From assembly GCF_001194135.2 (NCBI RefSeq), contig NC_068981.1:66908417-66957892 (forward strand): a stretch of DNA of 49,476 nt, given 5' to 3'. The translations under genes were made by a program, and so were the position numbers. Each line of letters starts with the position of its first letter. Within the stretch, counting starts at the first letter, position 1. Shown in pieces: positions 13,231-25,188 of the stretch. The notes beneath the pieces are model-generated. The model was not told the origin of the DNA. It did not search any database and worked only from the letters and a program-made list of their open reading frames with translations. This stretch comes from Octopus bimaculoides (Eukaryota).

Positions 13231-14188
13231 TAGACCAACTGTGAATGTTTTGTAGATTGATGCACCAAGATCAAATAAATGGATACGATCATTTAGAAAT
13301 GAATAGTTTAAATAGCACCAAAAGAAACAAACAGATAACAACAAAAAAAGCTAAAGATGCAAAAGATAAAATTAGACACAAAATATAAAATGCAACACAA
13401 CACAACTATATCAACACGAACAAAGGCAAGGTTTAAGATGTAAAACAAGATGTTGTAAAAGACGACACGAATATGTGTCGGTTCTCCAGTGTGATTAGAA
13501 CCACAATGACTTAAAGCAGATAAACAACTAAAGACCCAAAGATCATCTCCAGTCTTCTTACACGGCTTTCAATTTATTATACAGAAGCTGTGTTTTTATA
13601 GCAGTGACAGTTTCCAACTTATTTTTAGTATCTCATTCACGCTTTAGAATCAATCTCAGCCAATGGATGTATTCAATTCAGTCTTTTTTTTTTCATTTTG
13701 GTTTGATGTATCTAACTAGTCTGACTAACTGCTACTTCTAGTGCTATATTCTTTAGTTGATTTCGTCCACCAACTTTATTTATTTTTGACTTGCGGCAAA
13801 GTGACTTTGGCGTATTTACGAATAGTAAATTATATAGTAATAAGAGAAATGATTGTTTACGAATAGTAACTGTGAAAGAGTACGAACCACCAATTGTCGA
13901 TTGCGTGTCTAGTACGTTTCCAGTCACCCAAACAAAACCACTATGTATATAAATGAAACATTCAAATACAAAATGAAAGAAGCGTCTTGTATATAGGCAC
14001 AACTGGTGGTTACAACACATCACTCTAATCGAGAAATGTTTCCTTATACTGTGTTCGAATCTTTTGACTCCTTTGCAGGATAGGATCAGAATCTACCTGT
14101 ACCAGTATGATCTGTCCTACATGAAGACCAATGCTCCATGAAGGTTTATTATAAGTATTATTTTCTCTCTCTGTTTATTTCTGTGTTC

Positions 14189-14224
14189 CTTTCTGTTGAA
14201 GAATGTAGGCTCGAAACGTAAAAG
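14189..14224 (+). ncRNA. Minimal hammerhead-like motif (variant core) in a short interspersed repeat
   Basis: CTTT-CTGTTGA-AGAATGTAGGCTC-GAAAC-GTA-AAAG: helix I is CTTT/AAAG, A6 is replaced by T, and helix II is degenerate. Confidence 0.4.
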
Positions 14225-15511
14225 ACTTTCTCACTTCCCGAGCGTGAAACATCTGTTTGTTGTTTACACACCCGTCTTTGTCTTTTGTTTTGTATGACGG
14301 AAAACTATATTATTCAATAATTATCACCGCTGTCTAGAAACACTGCTATAAAATTGGCAAAAGGCTGTTGTGATGCGTATGCCTTTCTCAAGGAGATACG
14401 TAAGTTAACTGAATTCAACAAATGAACTAGAAAGCGTGTTCAGAACAAGGCTACATTTTATTCTAAGTTGTTTTTTATTTACAGAAGTATTATTCATTTG
14501 CTCTTTATCGAAGCTAACTTTAACTTTCAGACAGTAAATAAATTACATTGAGAAGCTATACAACTAATACATTTCGTATCTTTCTTGTTTTACTGTAAAA
14601 AGTCATACAATAATTAATTAAAATCAGATTGAAAGAAATTGCATCCTATTTGTTTTCCTGATTAGCAGAATAGGTATTAATTTGAAGCAACAATATGCAA
14701 AACTTGCTCTTACAGGGCCAATAAAACACTCGTAAATATATTCAGGAGGAATTGTTTACAATATAATTGTTATTAAGACTAGAAACGACAGACAACAGAT
14801 TGTCGTTAAAATAATGACAGTTTCTGTTAAACTGGTGGAGCGAGAATTTTTATATAACAGCCGAAAGCAAAACATCATCAATAATTCACTCGTTTTAAGA
14901 CATTCTTTCTCACTCTCCTATTCTCTTACTTTCCAACTCTCTCATTCTCTGTCTATATAAGTACATACACATTATGTATTAAAGTAAATACTGAAATACA
15001 CGTTCTCTTTCTCGTCCGCTTCTCCTTCTTTCACTTTATAATTTACACAGACACATCAAGACAGTTTCGAATATCATTATAATATAATGATTTCTGCTGA
15101 TTAGTTACGAAGCTAACTTTTTTGGAAAGAGAATAATTTTATCAGTTATGACAGGATATTAATGATACTTTTTGCCACCGGCTGAACACTATTGAAAGGG
15201 ACAAACAATATGGGTATGATTTGAACTCGGAACATACTGAAATGTAGTTACCAAGGTGATTTGAAAGGTTAAGTGGATCTCAGCAAGGAACGAATGAAGC
15301 AAACTACGAAATGGATAAGCCAAGAGATTAGAATCGAGAAAAATGAAATTATGTGATTATATATTGGAAAACATTATTTTGTATTTATCTCTCATTATGC
15401 ACACACACAGAGAGTCAAATCAAATAAATGAATGTTAAAATTAAGAATTAACAAACAAGTGGACGTGCACATGGAATGTATTAGTTTGACGCTCGGTAAT
15501 AAGAGTATGTG

Positions 15512-15546
15512 CCTGACGTTTCGAATATAGCTCCTCGTCAGAAAGG
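15512..15546 (-). ncRNA. Minimal hammerhead motif, same repeat family as 14189
   Basis: Minus strand: CCTTT-CTGACGA-GGAGCTATATTC-GAAAC-GTC-AGG, a canonical core with a GUC triplet. The downstream ccgagcgtcaaac is shared with the 14189 copy (cccgagcgtgaaac). Confidence 0.55.
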
Positions 15547-16053
15547 AAAACGGAAAAGTCCAAAGAAAGAAGAAAAATTCCAACAGCAGGTGTGTAGTTA
15601 CATACACAGACGTGCATACACGCATGTATATGTATGTGACTGTAGCCAGATGCGAATCACCGACATTACAATCAGTTATCTAGCGCCATAGAGACTGATT
15701 AAATGCTGACACATGTGTATGTGTGTGTAGGCATATTAAGTATATACCCATATGTATCTATATCTGTTTGTAGAAATACATATATTTTAGTATGTTTATT
15801 CGTATACCATAAGCCTTCTGTTAATACCCACTTTCACGTTAGCACTTTGATATCTACACTCTTATCTGAATATATTTTGAGCCATGCAGCAGCATATTTT
15901 CGCATATTTTTATGTTTTAACTATCAAGACTATAAGTAATTTTTAATAAAGTTACATTTGCATCCATTAAAAATAACGTGAATAAATTAATTGACGGTTA
16001 ATGTTTTCAAAATTAGAATAACGAGACTCACGTTGGAATCGCGCTATAATATT

Positions 16054-16268
16054 GGTTTTAAATGTTGGCACAAGGGCCAATAGTTTTAGAAGAGGGAGTA
16101 AGTCGATGAAATCAACCCCAGTGCTCAAATATAATTATTTTAGCGACCCCGAAGGGATGAAAGACAGAGTCGAACTCGGTGGAATTTGAATCCAGAACGT
16201 GAAGACAGGCGAAATGCCGCTAAGTATGTAGCCCTGTGCGGTGACGATTTTGCTTGCTTGTTGCCTTA
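16054..16268 (-). mobile_element. tRNA-derived SINE (octopus-type, gaccccgaaaggatgaaaggcaaagtcgac family)
   Basis: Matches the copies at 39884-41314 in reverse orientation. Confidence 0.8.
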
Positions 16269-16298
16269 CAATCATGCTGAAATATTAAAAATAGAGTT

Positions 16299-16450
16299 TA
16301 AAGCAGCGAGCTGGCATAATCATTAACTATGCCGAGCAAAAAGAACGTCCTGAATTCAAATCCACCGAGACCGACTTTGGCTTTTATCCGTTAGCGGTCA
16401 TTAAAATAAGTACATTCCTCCTCCGAAGTTGTTGGCTTTGTGCCAAAATT
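16299..16450 (+). mobile_element. Degenerate copy of the same SINE
   Basis: gcgagctggcataatc (A-box-like) and gaattcaaatcc (B-box-like). Confidence 0.7.
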
Positions 16451-16499
16451 ACCTCTAATACCTTTTTATATATACAGCTTTACATAGACCTACACATTT

Positions 16500-16943
16500 T
16501 TCAACTCCATCGATTAGTAAACGTTGTAATTGCAACACTACTATAATACCGGTGCACCTTCTTCAGGGTCTTTACTTTAATATTCTTTGATTTAACTGTT
16601 TAAAGTTTTTCGCTTATCAACTCTGCATTCTATGATGTAGAGTTGTTCGTTTATTGAGACTCGAACTATCTTCGATTGAAGTTTTGATTGGATAATCAAA
16701 AGTTTAATGTTTATTGTTTAAATGATTAATATTCATACTGAACAAATATGAATTTTCTCATGTGCAAGCATCTTAAAATTTGTTCGTGTCTAGAATTTTT
16801 TATATTACCCTTAGATATAAAAATTTGGTAAAATTCTTCTAAACATAGGTCACATTTATTAGTTCCAGTTCTGTATGGTTTTACAATACTAATCAATTCC
16901 CAATTGATTGTATAGTCTTTGTTTCTGTCTTTAGTAGACCACA
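16500..16943 (-). mobile_element. Penelope-like element 3' end (GIY-YIG C-terminal fragment plus pLTR-like tail)
   Basis: The minus-strand translation WSTKDRNKDYTINWELISIVKPYRTGTNKCDLCLEEFYQIFISKGNIKNSRHEQILRCLHMRKF matches the W..I...A.PY......C.LC..EK..I......LN.R.E....CRH..KF C-terminus of PLE ORFs. A degenerate CTGAAGA lies downstream at ~16560. Confidence 0.75.
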
Positions 16944-16975
16944 TATATATATATATATTTATATATATATATGTA

Positions 16976-17023
<48 letters not shown>

Positions 17024-17070
17024 AACATTTTATAAATGGAGTAATACGCATATGTTAAATGAATTCTTTT

Positions 17071-17160
17071 ATTTCCAACATATGTTTCGAAGATTACAAA
17101 TGGTTTCTTCCAAAGGAATAAGTGATGTTGATAAAGATGTAATCTTCTCTTCAGGGAAAT
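17071..17160 (-). ncRNA. Type I hammerhead ribozyme motif
   Basis: Minus strand: ATTTCC-CTGAAGA-GAAGATTACA[39 nt]TGTAATCTTC-GAAAC-ATAT-GTT-GGAAAT. Perfect 6-bp helix I, 10-bp helix II with G10.1-C11.1, palindromic helix III (AACATATGTT), GUU triplet. Confidence 0.8.
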
Positions 17161-17299
17161 ACATAGGAACCAGCTTAACCGTAAGACATTTTAAGCTAAC
17201 GTGATAACTTCTCTACCTACAGTTATCACATTCGGTTAAAATGTCTTACGGTTAAGCTGGTTCCTATGTATTTCCCTGAAGAGAAGATTACATCATTAT

Positions 17300-17304
<5 letters not shown>
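17126..17304. repeat. Near-perfect 69-bp inverted repeat (17126-17194 / 17236-17304)
   Basis: One mismatch between arms; an inner gtgataact/agttatcac pair extends the hairpin. Confidence 0.95.
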
Positions 17305-17340
<36 letters not shown>

Positions 17341-17726
17341 ATATATATATATGTGTACATATATATGTATAGATTAGGACAATCAGTAAGTTGTCATAAT
17401 TGGACTTAGAGTTTCAAATGCTGGAGCTAAGAGCTACAATGCATTCTCATTGGCTATTATGACAATAGACGTATAAAAGAATTGTTGAATAAAAGAGAAG
17501 TTACTCTAATAGGTAGGAAAAAATATAAAAGATAAAAAATAAACGCAACTATATTCTCGGAATACATAGACATAAAAACCACCTGCGTTCATAACGTCTA
17601 CATAGGTACACACACACACACACACACACACAAACATGTATATATACATGCCCATGCACACACAAACATATATATGCACTTACGCACTCATGCACATGTC
17701 CATATACATACACGCACACGCACACA

Positions 17727-17802
<76 letters not shown>

Positions 17803-17872
17803 TATATATACGTATATATGCACGCAACTTTATCCTCATATACACATAGGTGCATGCTTACATATATATTTA

Positions 17873-17911
<39 letters not shown>

Positions 17912-17931
17912 TCATACAGGCATACATCCAC

Positions 17932-18211
17932 ACTCACCGCATATATGAATATACGTGTATGTACACATATACACAAATATACCTGTATATATACATGTAC
18001 ATCCTCCTATCACACTCCTACAAGTGCAGATATACAAGCATAATCATATACATATACGTATAAAAGTAGACGTGTGCATGAAAGTATATGTATATGCATA
18101 TGCTTGTATATCTGCACTTGTAGGAGTGTGATAGGAGGATGTATATGTGTATATATCTATATATATCTGTGTATATATGCACAAATATGTATATTCATAT
18201 ATGTGGTGAGT
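17932..18211. repeat. Inverted repeat (17932-18057 / 18083-18211) with a 45-bp perfect core
   Basis: tacatcctcctatcacactcctacaagtgcagatatacaagcata and its exact reverse complement. Confidence 0.9.
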
Positions 18212-18297
18212 CTAAATTCAATAATAGGACGAATTCTTTTACAAGAATTTATCAAGTAGCTAGCGTGAAAAAAACCTCATAAGGGAAAAAATCCATA

Positions 18298-18783
18298 TAA
18301 ATTAATTTACAAATTTACCGTTAATTCTATTATTATCAAATGTCACTAATTTAAGTATGATAATAACAGAATCAACAATACAAGCGACGGCAGGCCAAAA
18401 AATAGCATTTAAATAACCGAGGGATTAAAATTAATCAAAGGACATACTGAGTATGTCTACCTACTTGAAATAACAATCAAAACCTGTTTTAAATCGCCAA
18501 AAAATACACTGGTGATAACTACAGAAATCAAACGAAGGCAAATTTTGCTTGATTTCTGTAGTTATCACCAGTGTATTTTTTGGCGATTTAATAACGAATT
18601 TTGACTGTTATTTCAAGCAGGTAGACGTACTTAGTATTTCCATTGATTAATTTTAGTTCCTCGGCTATTTAAATGCTATTTTTTGGCTTGCTGTCGCCTG
18701 TATTGTTGATTCTGTTATTATCATTCTTAAATTAGTGGCATTGGATAATAATAGAATTAACGGTACCTTTGTGAATTAATTTT
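18298..18783. repeat. ~234-bp-arm palindrome with 17-nt spacer; third partial copy at ~19012-19130
   Basis: ...atcgccaaaaaatacactggtgataactacagaaatcaa | acgaaggcaaattttgc | ttgatttctgtagttatcaccagtgtattttttggcgat...; arms are roughly 85-90% identical by eye. Confidence 0.9.
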
Positions 18784-19144
18784 AATAAATTATTTGTCTC
18801 GTAATTCTGTAACAAAATTATTTTACACTGAGAAGCTGCTGTGATTTCGGCGCGAAACGAATCAGTAGTGGCACATAATTCGGAAGGATAGGCTAGGAAT
18901 CGCTTATCCTGGTAATGCGTGCTGAAGAAGCTAAGGCTTATTGTGCCAATGCAGAAACTAGTTCACATAAATCCAAATACTTAAATGTATGTAAGTAGAT
19001 TGTTTTAACCAAATTTGCCTTCGTTTGATTTCTGTAGCTACCGCCAGTGTATTTTTGGCGATTTAATAACGAGTTTTGACTGTTATTTCAAGCAGGTAGA
19101 CATACTTAGTATGTCCTTTGATTAATTTTAATTATATATATATA

Positions 19145-19231
<87 letters not shown>

Positions 19232-19600
19232 ATATGTGTATGAGTACGTAAATGCACATATAGGTTTGTGTGTACATATACAGGTTTGTGTGAGTGCGTA
19301 CATATGTAGAAGTTATGAACACAGGAGGTTTTTATGTCTATGTATTGTGAAAATATGGTCGGGTGTATTTTTCATCTTTTATATTTTCATACCTATTAGA
19401 GTAACTTCCCTTTTATTCAACGGTTTTTCTTTTATAGCGTCTGTTTTCATAATAGCCAATGAGAATGCATCGTAGCTCTTAGGTCCGGCATTTGACACTC
19501 TGAGTCCTATCATGACAGCTTACTGATTGTCCTAAACTATATATATATAAATTCCTCTACTTAATATCGAGGTCTCATTTTGTTGTTGTTATTGTTGTTA

Positions 19601-19671
<71 letters not shown>

Positions 19672-20164
19672 AAGTTGCTTTTTATACCTTCTACGGACTG
19701 TACGAAGCTTAGTAACTTCCTACACCTGGATCCTTGGATCTTACTGTTACATATAATTATATATATGCGTGTGTATTCGTGTAAGTGTGTCCGTGTCCGT
19801 GTGAATGTGTGTTCGTTTGTGTTTGTGTGTGTGTGTGCTAATAAAAATATGCAATTTTCCATGCACATATAGCGATAGATACGTAGATACACATATATAA
19901 ATACATATACAGGTATACTTCAACTTACATCGTTTTAAGTTGAGTCTTTTCCAACTTTAGTGGTTTTTATAAAGAAATTAATGGAACCTCCCACTCAATT
20001 TCAGTCCATTTATTTGACTTTACGTCGGTCTCAGTCAACATATTTAAAAGCATAAGAATTATAAAAAAAATTAAAAAAAAAAACATAAAAAAGTCAACGT
20101 TGAAGTGGAAAACCAAATGCATGTAAAAATATTTAGAAACTATTTTTTCAATACAGATATAAGA

Positions 20165-20367
20165 GCTTTTATCTGTTTTAGTTATTACACCGCGGCCATG
20201 CTGAGGCATCGCCTTGAGTATTTAGTTGAGTGAATCGACCCCAGTACTTATTTTCTAAAGTCTGATACTTATTCTATCGTTCACGTTTGTCGAACTGCTA
20301 AGTTACTGGGACGTAAACACACTAAAACCGGTTGTCAAGTGCTAGTAGAGGACAAACACAGACACAA

Positions 20368-20395
<28 letters not shown>
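20165..20395 (+). mobile_element. SINE-like repeat 3' part ending in (CA)n
   Basis: gcggccatgctgaggcatcgcc...atcgaccccagtactta...ggttgtcaag...ggacaaacacagacac; a related inverted copy lies at ~36095-36230. Confidence 0.55.
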
Positions 20396-20402
<7 letters not shown>

Positions 20403-20794
20403 CATACATACAAACATACATATATGCATGCATATATATATATATATATATATANNNNNNNNNNNNNNNNNNNNNNNNNNNNNNNNNNNNNNNNNNNNNN
20501 NNNNNNNNNNNNNNNNNNNNNNNNNNNNNNNNNNNNNNNNNNNNNNNNNNNNNNNNNNNNNNNNNNNNNNNNNNNNNNNNNNNNNNNNNNNNNNNNNNNN
20601 NNNNNNNNNNNNNNNNNNNNNNNNNNNNNNNNNNNNNNNNNNNNNNNNNNNNNNNNNNNNNNNNNNNNNNNNNNNNNNNNNNNNNNNNNNNNNNNNNNNN
20701 NNNNNNNNNNNNNNNNNNNNNNCTTATCACTCGTGCCTGCGTCTAGATAATAAATTTTTGGAAATGTATTTTTTCTTGTTACGTTGTTTTCACG

Positions 20795-21030
20795 TTACGT
20801 TATAATAATGAACGAAAGAAAGAGTTTGTATACAGTGCTCAGGTGCACTACAACCAAAAAAAAAAAAAAAAGGGGCCATCAGGTGTACTGTTTGCGGATT
20901 TCAGGAAGCACGGAAATTTTGAAGGATGTTGTGTCTCGACAGCTAACAACTGAGGTGGGTAGTTTATTCCATGCTTCAGCAATTCTGAGCGTGAAAAAAA
21001 AAAGTTCGAAAGTATTGTGTTGAATGTCTT
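20795..21030 (-). mobile_element. CR1-type LINE 3' end fragment
   Basis: Minus-strand FFTLRIAEAWNKLPTSVVSCRDTTSFK resembles the CR1 RT C-terminus (FFSNRVVNAWNSLPESVV...SFK). A 3' UTR-like tail follows. Confidence 0.75.
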
Positions 21031-21918
21031 GGAATCAGTTACCGACGTAAGTTGAGGTATGTTTGTTTTTATATACACAAATATTCTCACACACTCACAA
21101 ACACACACACAAACGCACAAGCACACAAACACACAAGCACACAATCACACTCATGTGATCGCATATCGATCGTTAAGCCTTTACGGTGCTGGATAACCAG
21201 CTTTAATGCCGATGAATCGTATCATGACACTGTGACTGATTGGCAAAACGTTTAGTTCCGCGTACTAAACTCGCAGTTCTGATACAGCTCAGTTCACTGT
21301 GCTGTAATTTGGTGCCATAGTCTAGCATAGCACAGTCTAACACTGCCATAGACACTGTTGCGACTGCTGACGTGGGTAATCTCTAGAGCCCTGCCATATT
21401 TTCTGTAGTGATTATTTTGCAATTACTGTCGTTGTTTTCGTGGCGGTTTATTATTGAGATTTCTGTCGTGGTCATTGTAGTGTTTGCTGTTGTGACCGAT
21501 GTCTTAGTCAGTTGTGACTATTAATGCAGTAACTGTGATAGTCACTGAAGTTGTCGTAGTTGTTATCGTCGTGGTAATGGTGTCGTCGTGGTCGTCGTGG
21601 TTATGATCGCAGTAGTGATTTCCCCGTCGTCTTGGTCGTCATTATCAGTATTCCCTTTTATTTCACAGTTCATTATGTGTTAAAATGTGCATTTAATCTG
21701 CTGTCTTTGATGTGAAAACTTAAAACGATGCATAAGTTAATGTAAACATTCATGATAACACACCTACACACGCACACACAAACATCAGCAAGTAGGCAAA
21801 CAAACAAGTAAACACAAACAAACACACACCACATAAACAAATACAACTACCCCCCCCACCCACAAAACGAACGCATTACATACTGAAACAATACAAATAG
21901 ATAGTTAACTATTCAAAT

Positions 21919-21955
<37 letters not shown>

Positions 21956-24900
21956 TACTGACGGACACAATGCAACAAACCAATAAATACTTAAGGAAGC
22001 ATGCGAACAAACTAAACGTATAAACGAAGAAAACAAATACGTTCAGAAATAAACAAAATTAATCAAATTCGTCGAACAATAACATTTTTAATTTGACATT
22101 CAAACTAATGNNNNNNNNNNNNNNNNNNNNNNNNNNNNNNNNNNNNNNNNNNNNNNNNNNNNNNNNNNNNNNNNNNNNNNNNNNNNNNNNNNNNNNNNNN
22201 NNNNNNNNNNNNNNNNNNNNNNNNNNNNNNNNNNNNNNNNNNNNNNNNNNNNNNNNNNNNNNNNNNNNNNNNNNNNNNNNNNNNNNNNNNNNNNNNNNNN
22301 NNNNNNNNNNNNNNNNNNNNNNNNNNNNNNNNNNNNNNNNNNNNNNNNNNNNNNNNNNNNNNNNNNNNNNNNNNNNNNNNNNNNNNNNNNNNNNNNNNNN
22401 NNNNNNNNNNNNNNNNNNNNNNNNNNNNNNNNNNNNNNNNNNNNNNNNNNNNNNNNNNNNNNNNNNNNNNNNNNNNNNNNNNNNNNNNNNNNNNNNNNNN
22501 NNNNNNNNNNNNNNNNNNNNNNNNNNNNNNNNNNNNNNNNNNNNNNNNNNNNNNNNNNNNNNNNNNNNNNNNNNNNNNNNNNNNNNNNNNNNNNNNNNNN
22601 NNNNNNNNNNNNNNNNNNATATTAAATGCAAATAGATTTACATAAAAAAAAATAGTCGTATCATATCTATAGTTAAGTGCTAAACTATTATATTCACCAT
22701 TGTCGAGATGTCACTACTACAGCAGCTGCAACTGAAGCTGATGATGATGATGATGAAGACGACGGCAGTAACGAGAATAATGATTGATGATGATGATAGT
22801 CATATCATTATCTTGATGGTGACCACAATCATTTACATCATTAGTTTTGTTATTTGTATAACAATATGTTTTGATCAGTGAGAAATGAAAATAAGGTTGT
22901 TTTCCTCATCATGTCTAGAAAAAAATACAATTAGAAAACAATGTTTCCATTACATCACGGTATTTCTAATTCTGAACAATGCTGGTTTCTGTATTGTGTT
23001 GATACTCTTAATTGTTTGGGAGTAAGAAATCTTCCTTTGGACTGCACACAGCGCTTCAAATAACACGTATAAAACCCTCTTTCTCTAAAATGTTAAAACC
23101 ACTCCTTGAATGGTCAATTCTGACTACTCATTAATTTTCCGAAACAACTGATAATGAATATTATGGTCCTCAAGTAGAGCAATATCGATTTTATGACATT
23201 CGCTTATTTCTTTTTTGCTGACTATCTTTTGATTTGTTCTCGTTATGATACGGTCTATTCAAATATCTGTATATTTTGACGAAGTCTCAATATTTTTGCT
23301 CACTTGTCTTCCAAAATCTACGTAGTGCTATTTTGTAACGCCGGCATAACAATGAAATGTATCCTCTTAGCATAAATCCCAATGAAAATTGGAGCAAATT
23401 TTAAGGTGTTGCTTATAATCCTTCCTGATTTACACATAGTCGCTATTATGTAGGTAACATTTTCTGTTATTTCTTCACAAAGTCAATAAATGTATACCCT
23501 TTAAACAGTAAATATACATTCCAATAAGATTTGTATTTATATGTATTTTTGTATTTAGCAAAATTAACAAATTTTCTTGGATATTTTAACATTGCCTTGG
23601 TATAATCATTTCAAAATTTGATTAAATAAAAGCTAATGTTTTATAAGTACCTTGGAACTGCAACAGATGAGATAAGTTCCGTAAATTATTAAGCCAGGAT
23701 TCAATTCACTCGGTCATCTCTACCCCTCTAATGTCAAGTCAACTCTACTTTGGCTTGACACAAAGAACCTACATAATAATAAAAAAGAGAAGAAAATACG
23801 TAGTGTAAATGTAGAAGTTTTTCAGGATCTTTTGCTGCGTGAACGAAATAGCTTTGATTGTAAATTAAAATCGCGAGGCGTTACTTTGTGCTCCACCGCG
23901 CCCCCAAATTATATTTCCACTTACTACAAAGATGCAATATCTTAGGGTGATCGAGAATCGAAAGATGTGTCTTTCATGATTTTTTTTCAAGGACATGAGT
24001 TACATAGGTTGAGTGCTATGGTTTTAACTGAAAATCAAACCTGAGACGCATTATTGTTCTGCTGAGAGCTTAGCTTTTACATACAGACTTTATTTCGTTT
24101 GACATACAAACAAATACAAAAGGTAAAGTCGGTTGACTCAACAACAGAATATTAATGGTATTTTATTGATCCTAAACGAATTTACATTGACTCAATCTGA
24201 AATGTTGAATGAAGATTTCAAGAAACTTACTAGAAGATTTCAAAGAAATATTGAAAGAGTAAAGAACATAATGTAAGGCATTTATTATTGCACTTTGCCA
24301 TTTGCTTCTCTGCCCTTTCACGTGTCCAACTTATCTCGAGCGAAAGAATAACATCTGAAGCCACAACAGTTATTGCTCTTTCTGTAGTGTTGAATTTTGA
24401 TAAAAATTTTACAATGTTTACTTTAAAAGTCTTGGTTATTTTCTTGATGATAAAATGCTTTTTATGGAGGAGTTGGGGTGGTCAGAACTACCAAGAAAAA
24501 GAAATGTTTCAACAGTAAGAGCGAAAACTCTATCTACTATAAAATTACACCATACTATGGAAAATTACTTAATACAAAAAGAATATTACATTACCTCCAT
24601 TATCATACTTTTCGAAGAAGTTAGTAGTTCATGCTTGACATTCATCCCTGGCGGCATTTATGAAGCATTTAGTAGGTACCGCGGGTTATATCTAAAGAAA
24701 TTCTCTACACTGTCGCTCAACCTGCTAAAATTAGCGACCAAACCTCCCTAAAATCCCACCCTACCGTCTAAAGTAAAAATGGGAAAATGGAAGAGCACAT
24801 TGGATTATGTATTCCTTCTCACCCTAGTCTGAAAGTAAAATATGAGATGAGTTCGACTAGAACAGTTTTGATCAAACAACAGCGATAACAATAGCAAAAT

Positions 24901-25107
24901 ATTCACATACTAAAATCACGTGTTTCGTCGTCCGGTTCTTTGAGTTCAAGTACTCTTGAAATCCTGGAGAAGTCAATGGGGACCCATCGCAGTATATTCT
25001 TTGTTTTAATCACTATGGATCTCATTGACACAACCACGGCATTAGATTAACCACTGCTGTTAAACTCAAAATTTTCAAGTTTCTACATGCAGCAACAGCA
25101 ACAACAG

Positions 25108-25109
25108 CA

Positions 25110-25188
<79 letters not shown>
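25108..25188. repeat. (CTA)n microsatellite
   Basis: Direct reading. Confidence 0.95.

Larger units (their letters stand above)
17369..19540. mobile_element. ~2.2 kb foldback structure with ~380-bp diverged terminal inverted repeats, set in (TA)n
   Basis: atagattaggacaatcagtaagttgtcat... (17369 onward) mirrors ...atgacagcttactgattgtcctaaactat (ending 19540). The match continues through gcattctcattggctattatga and tacatagacataaaaacc into (CA)n/(TG)n tracts. Confidence 0.75.
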
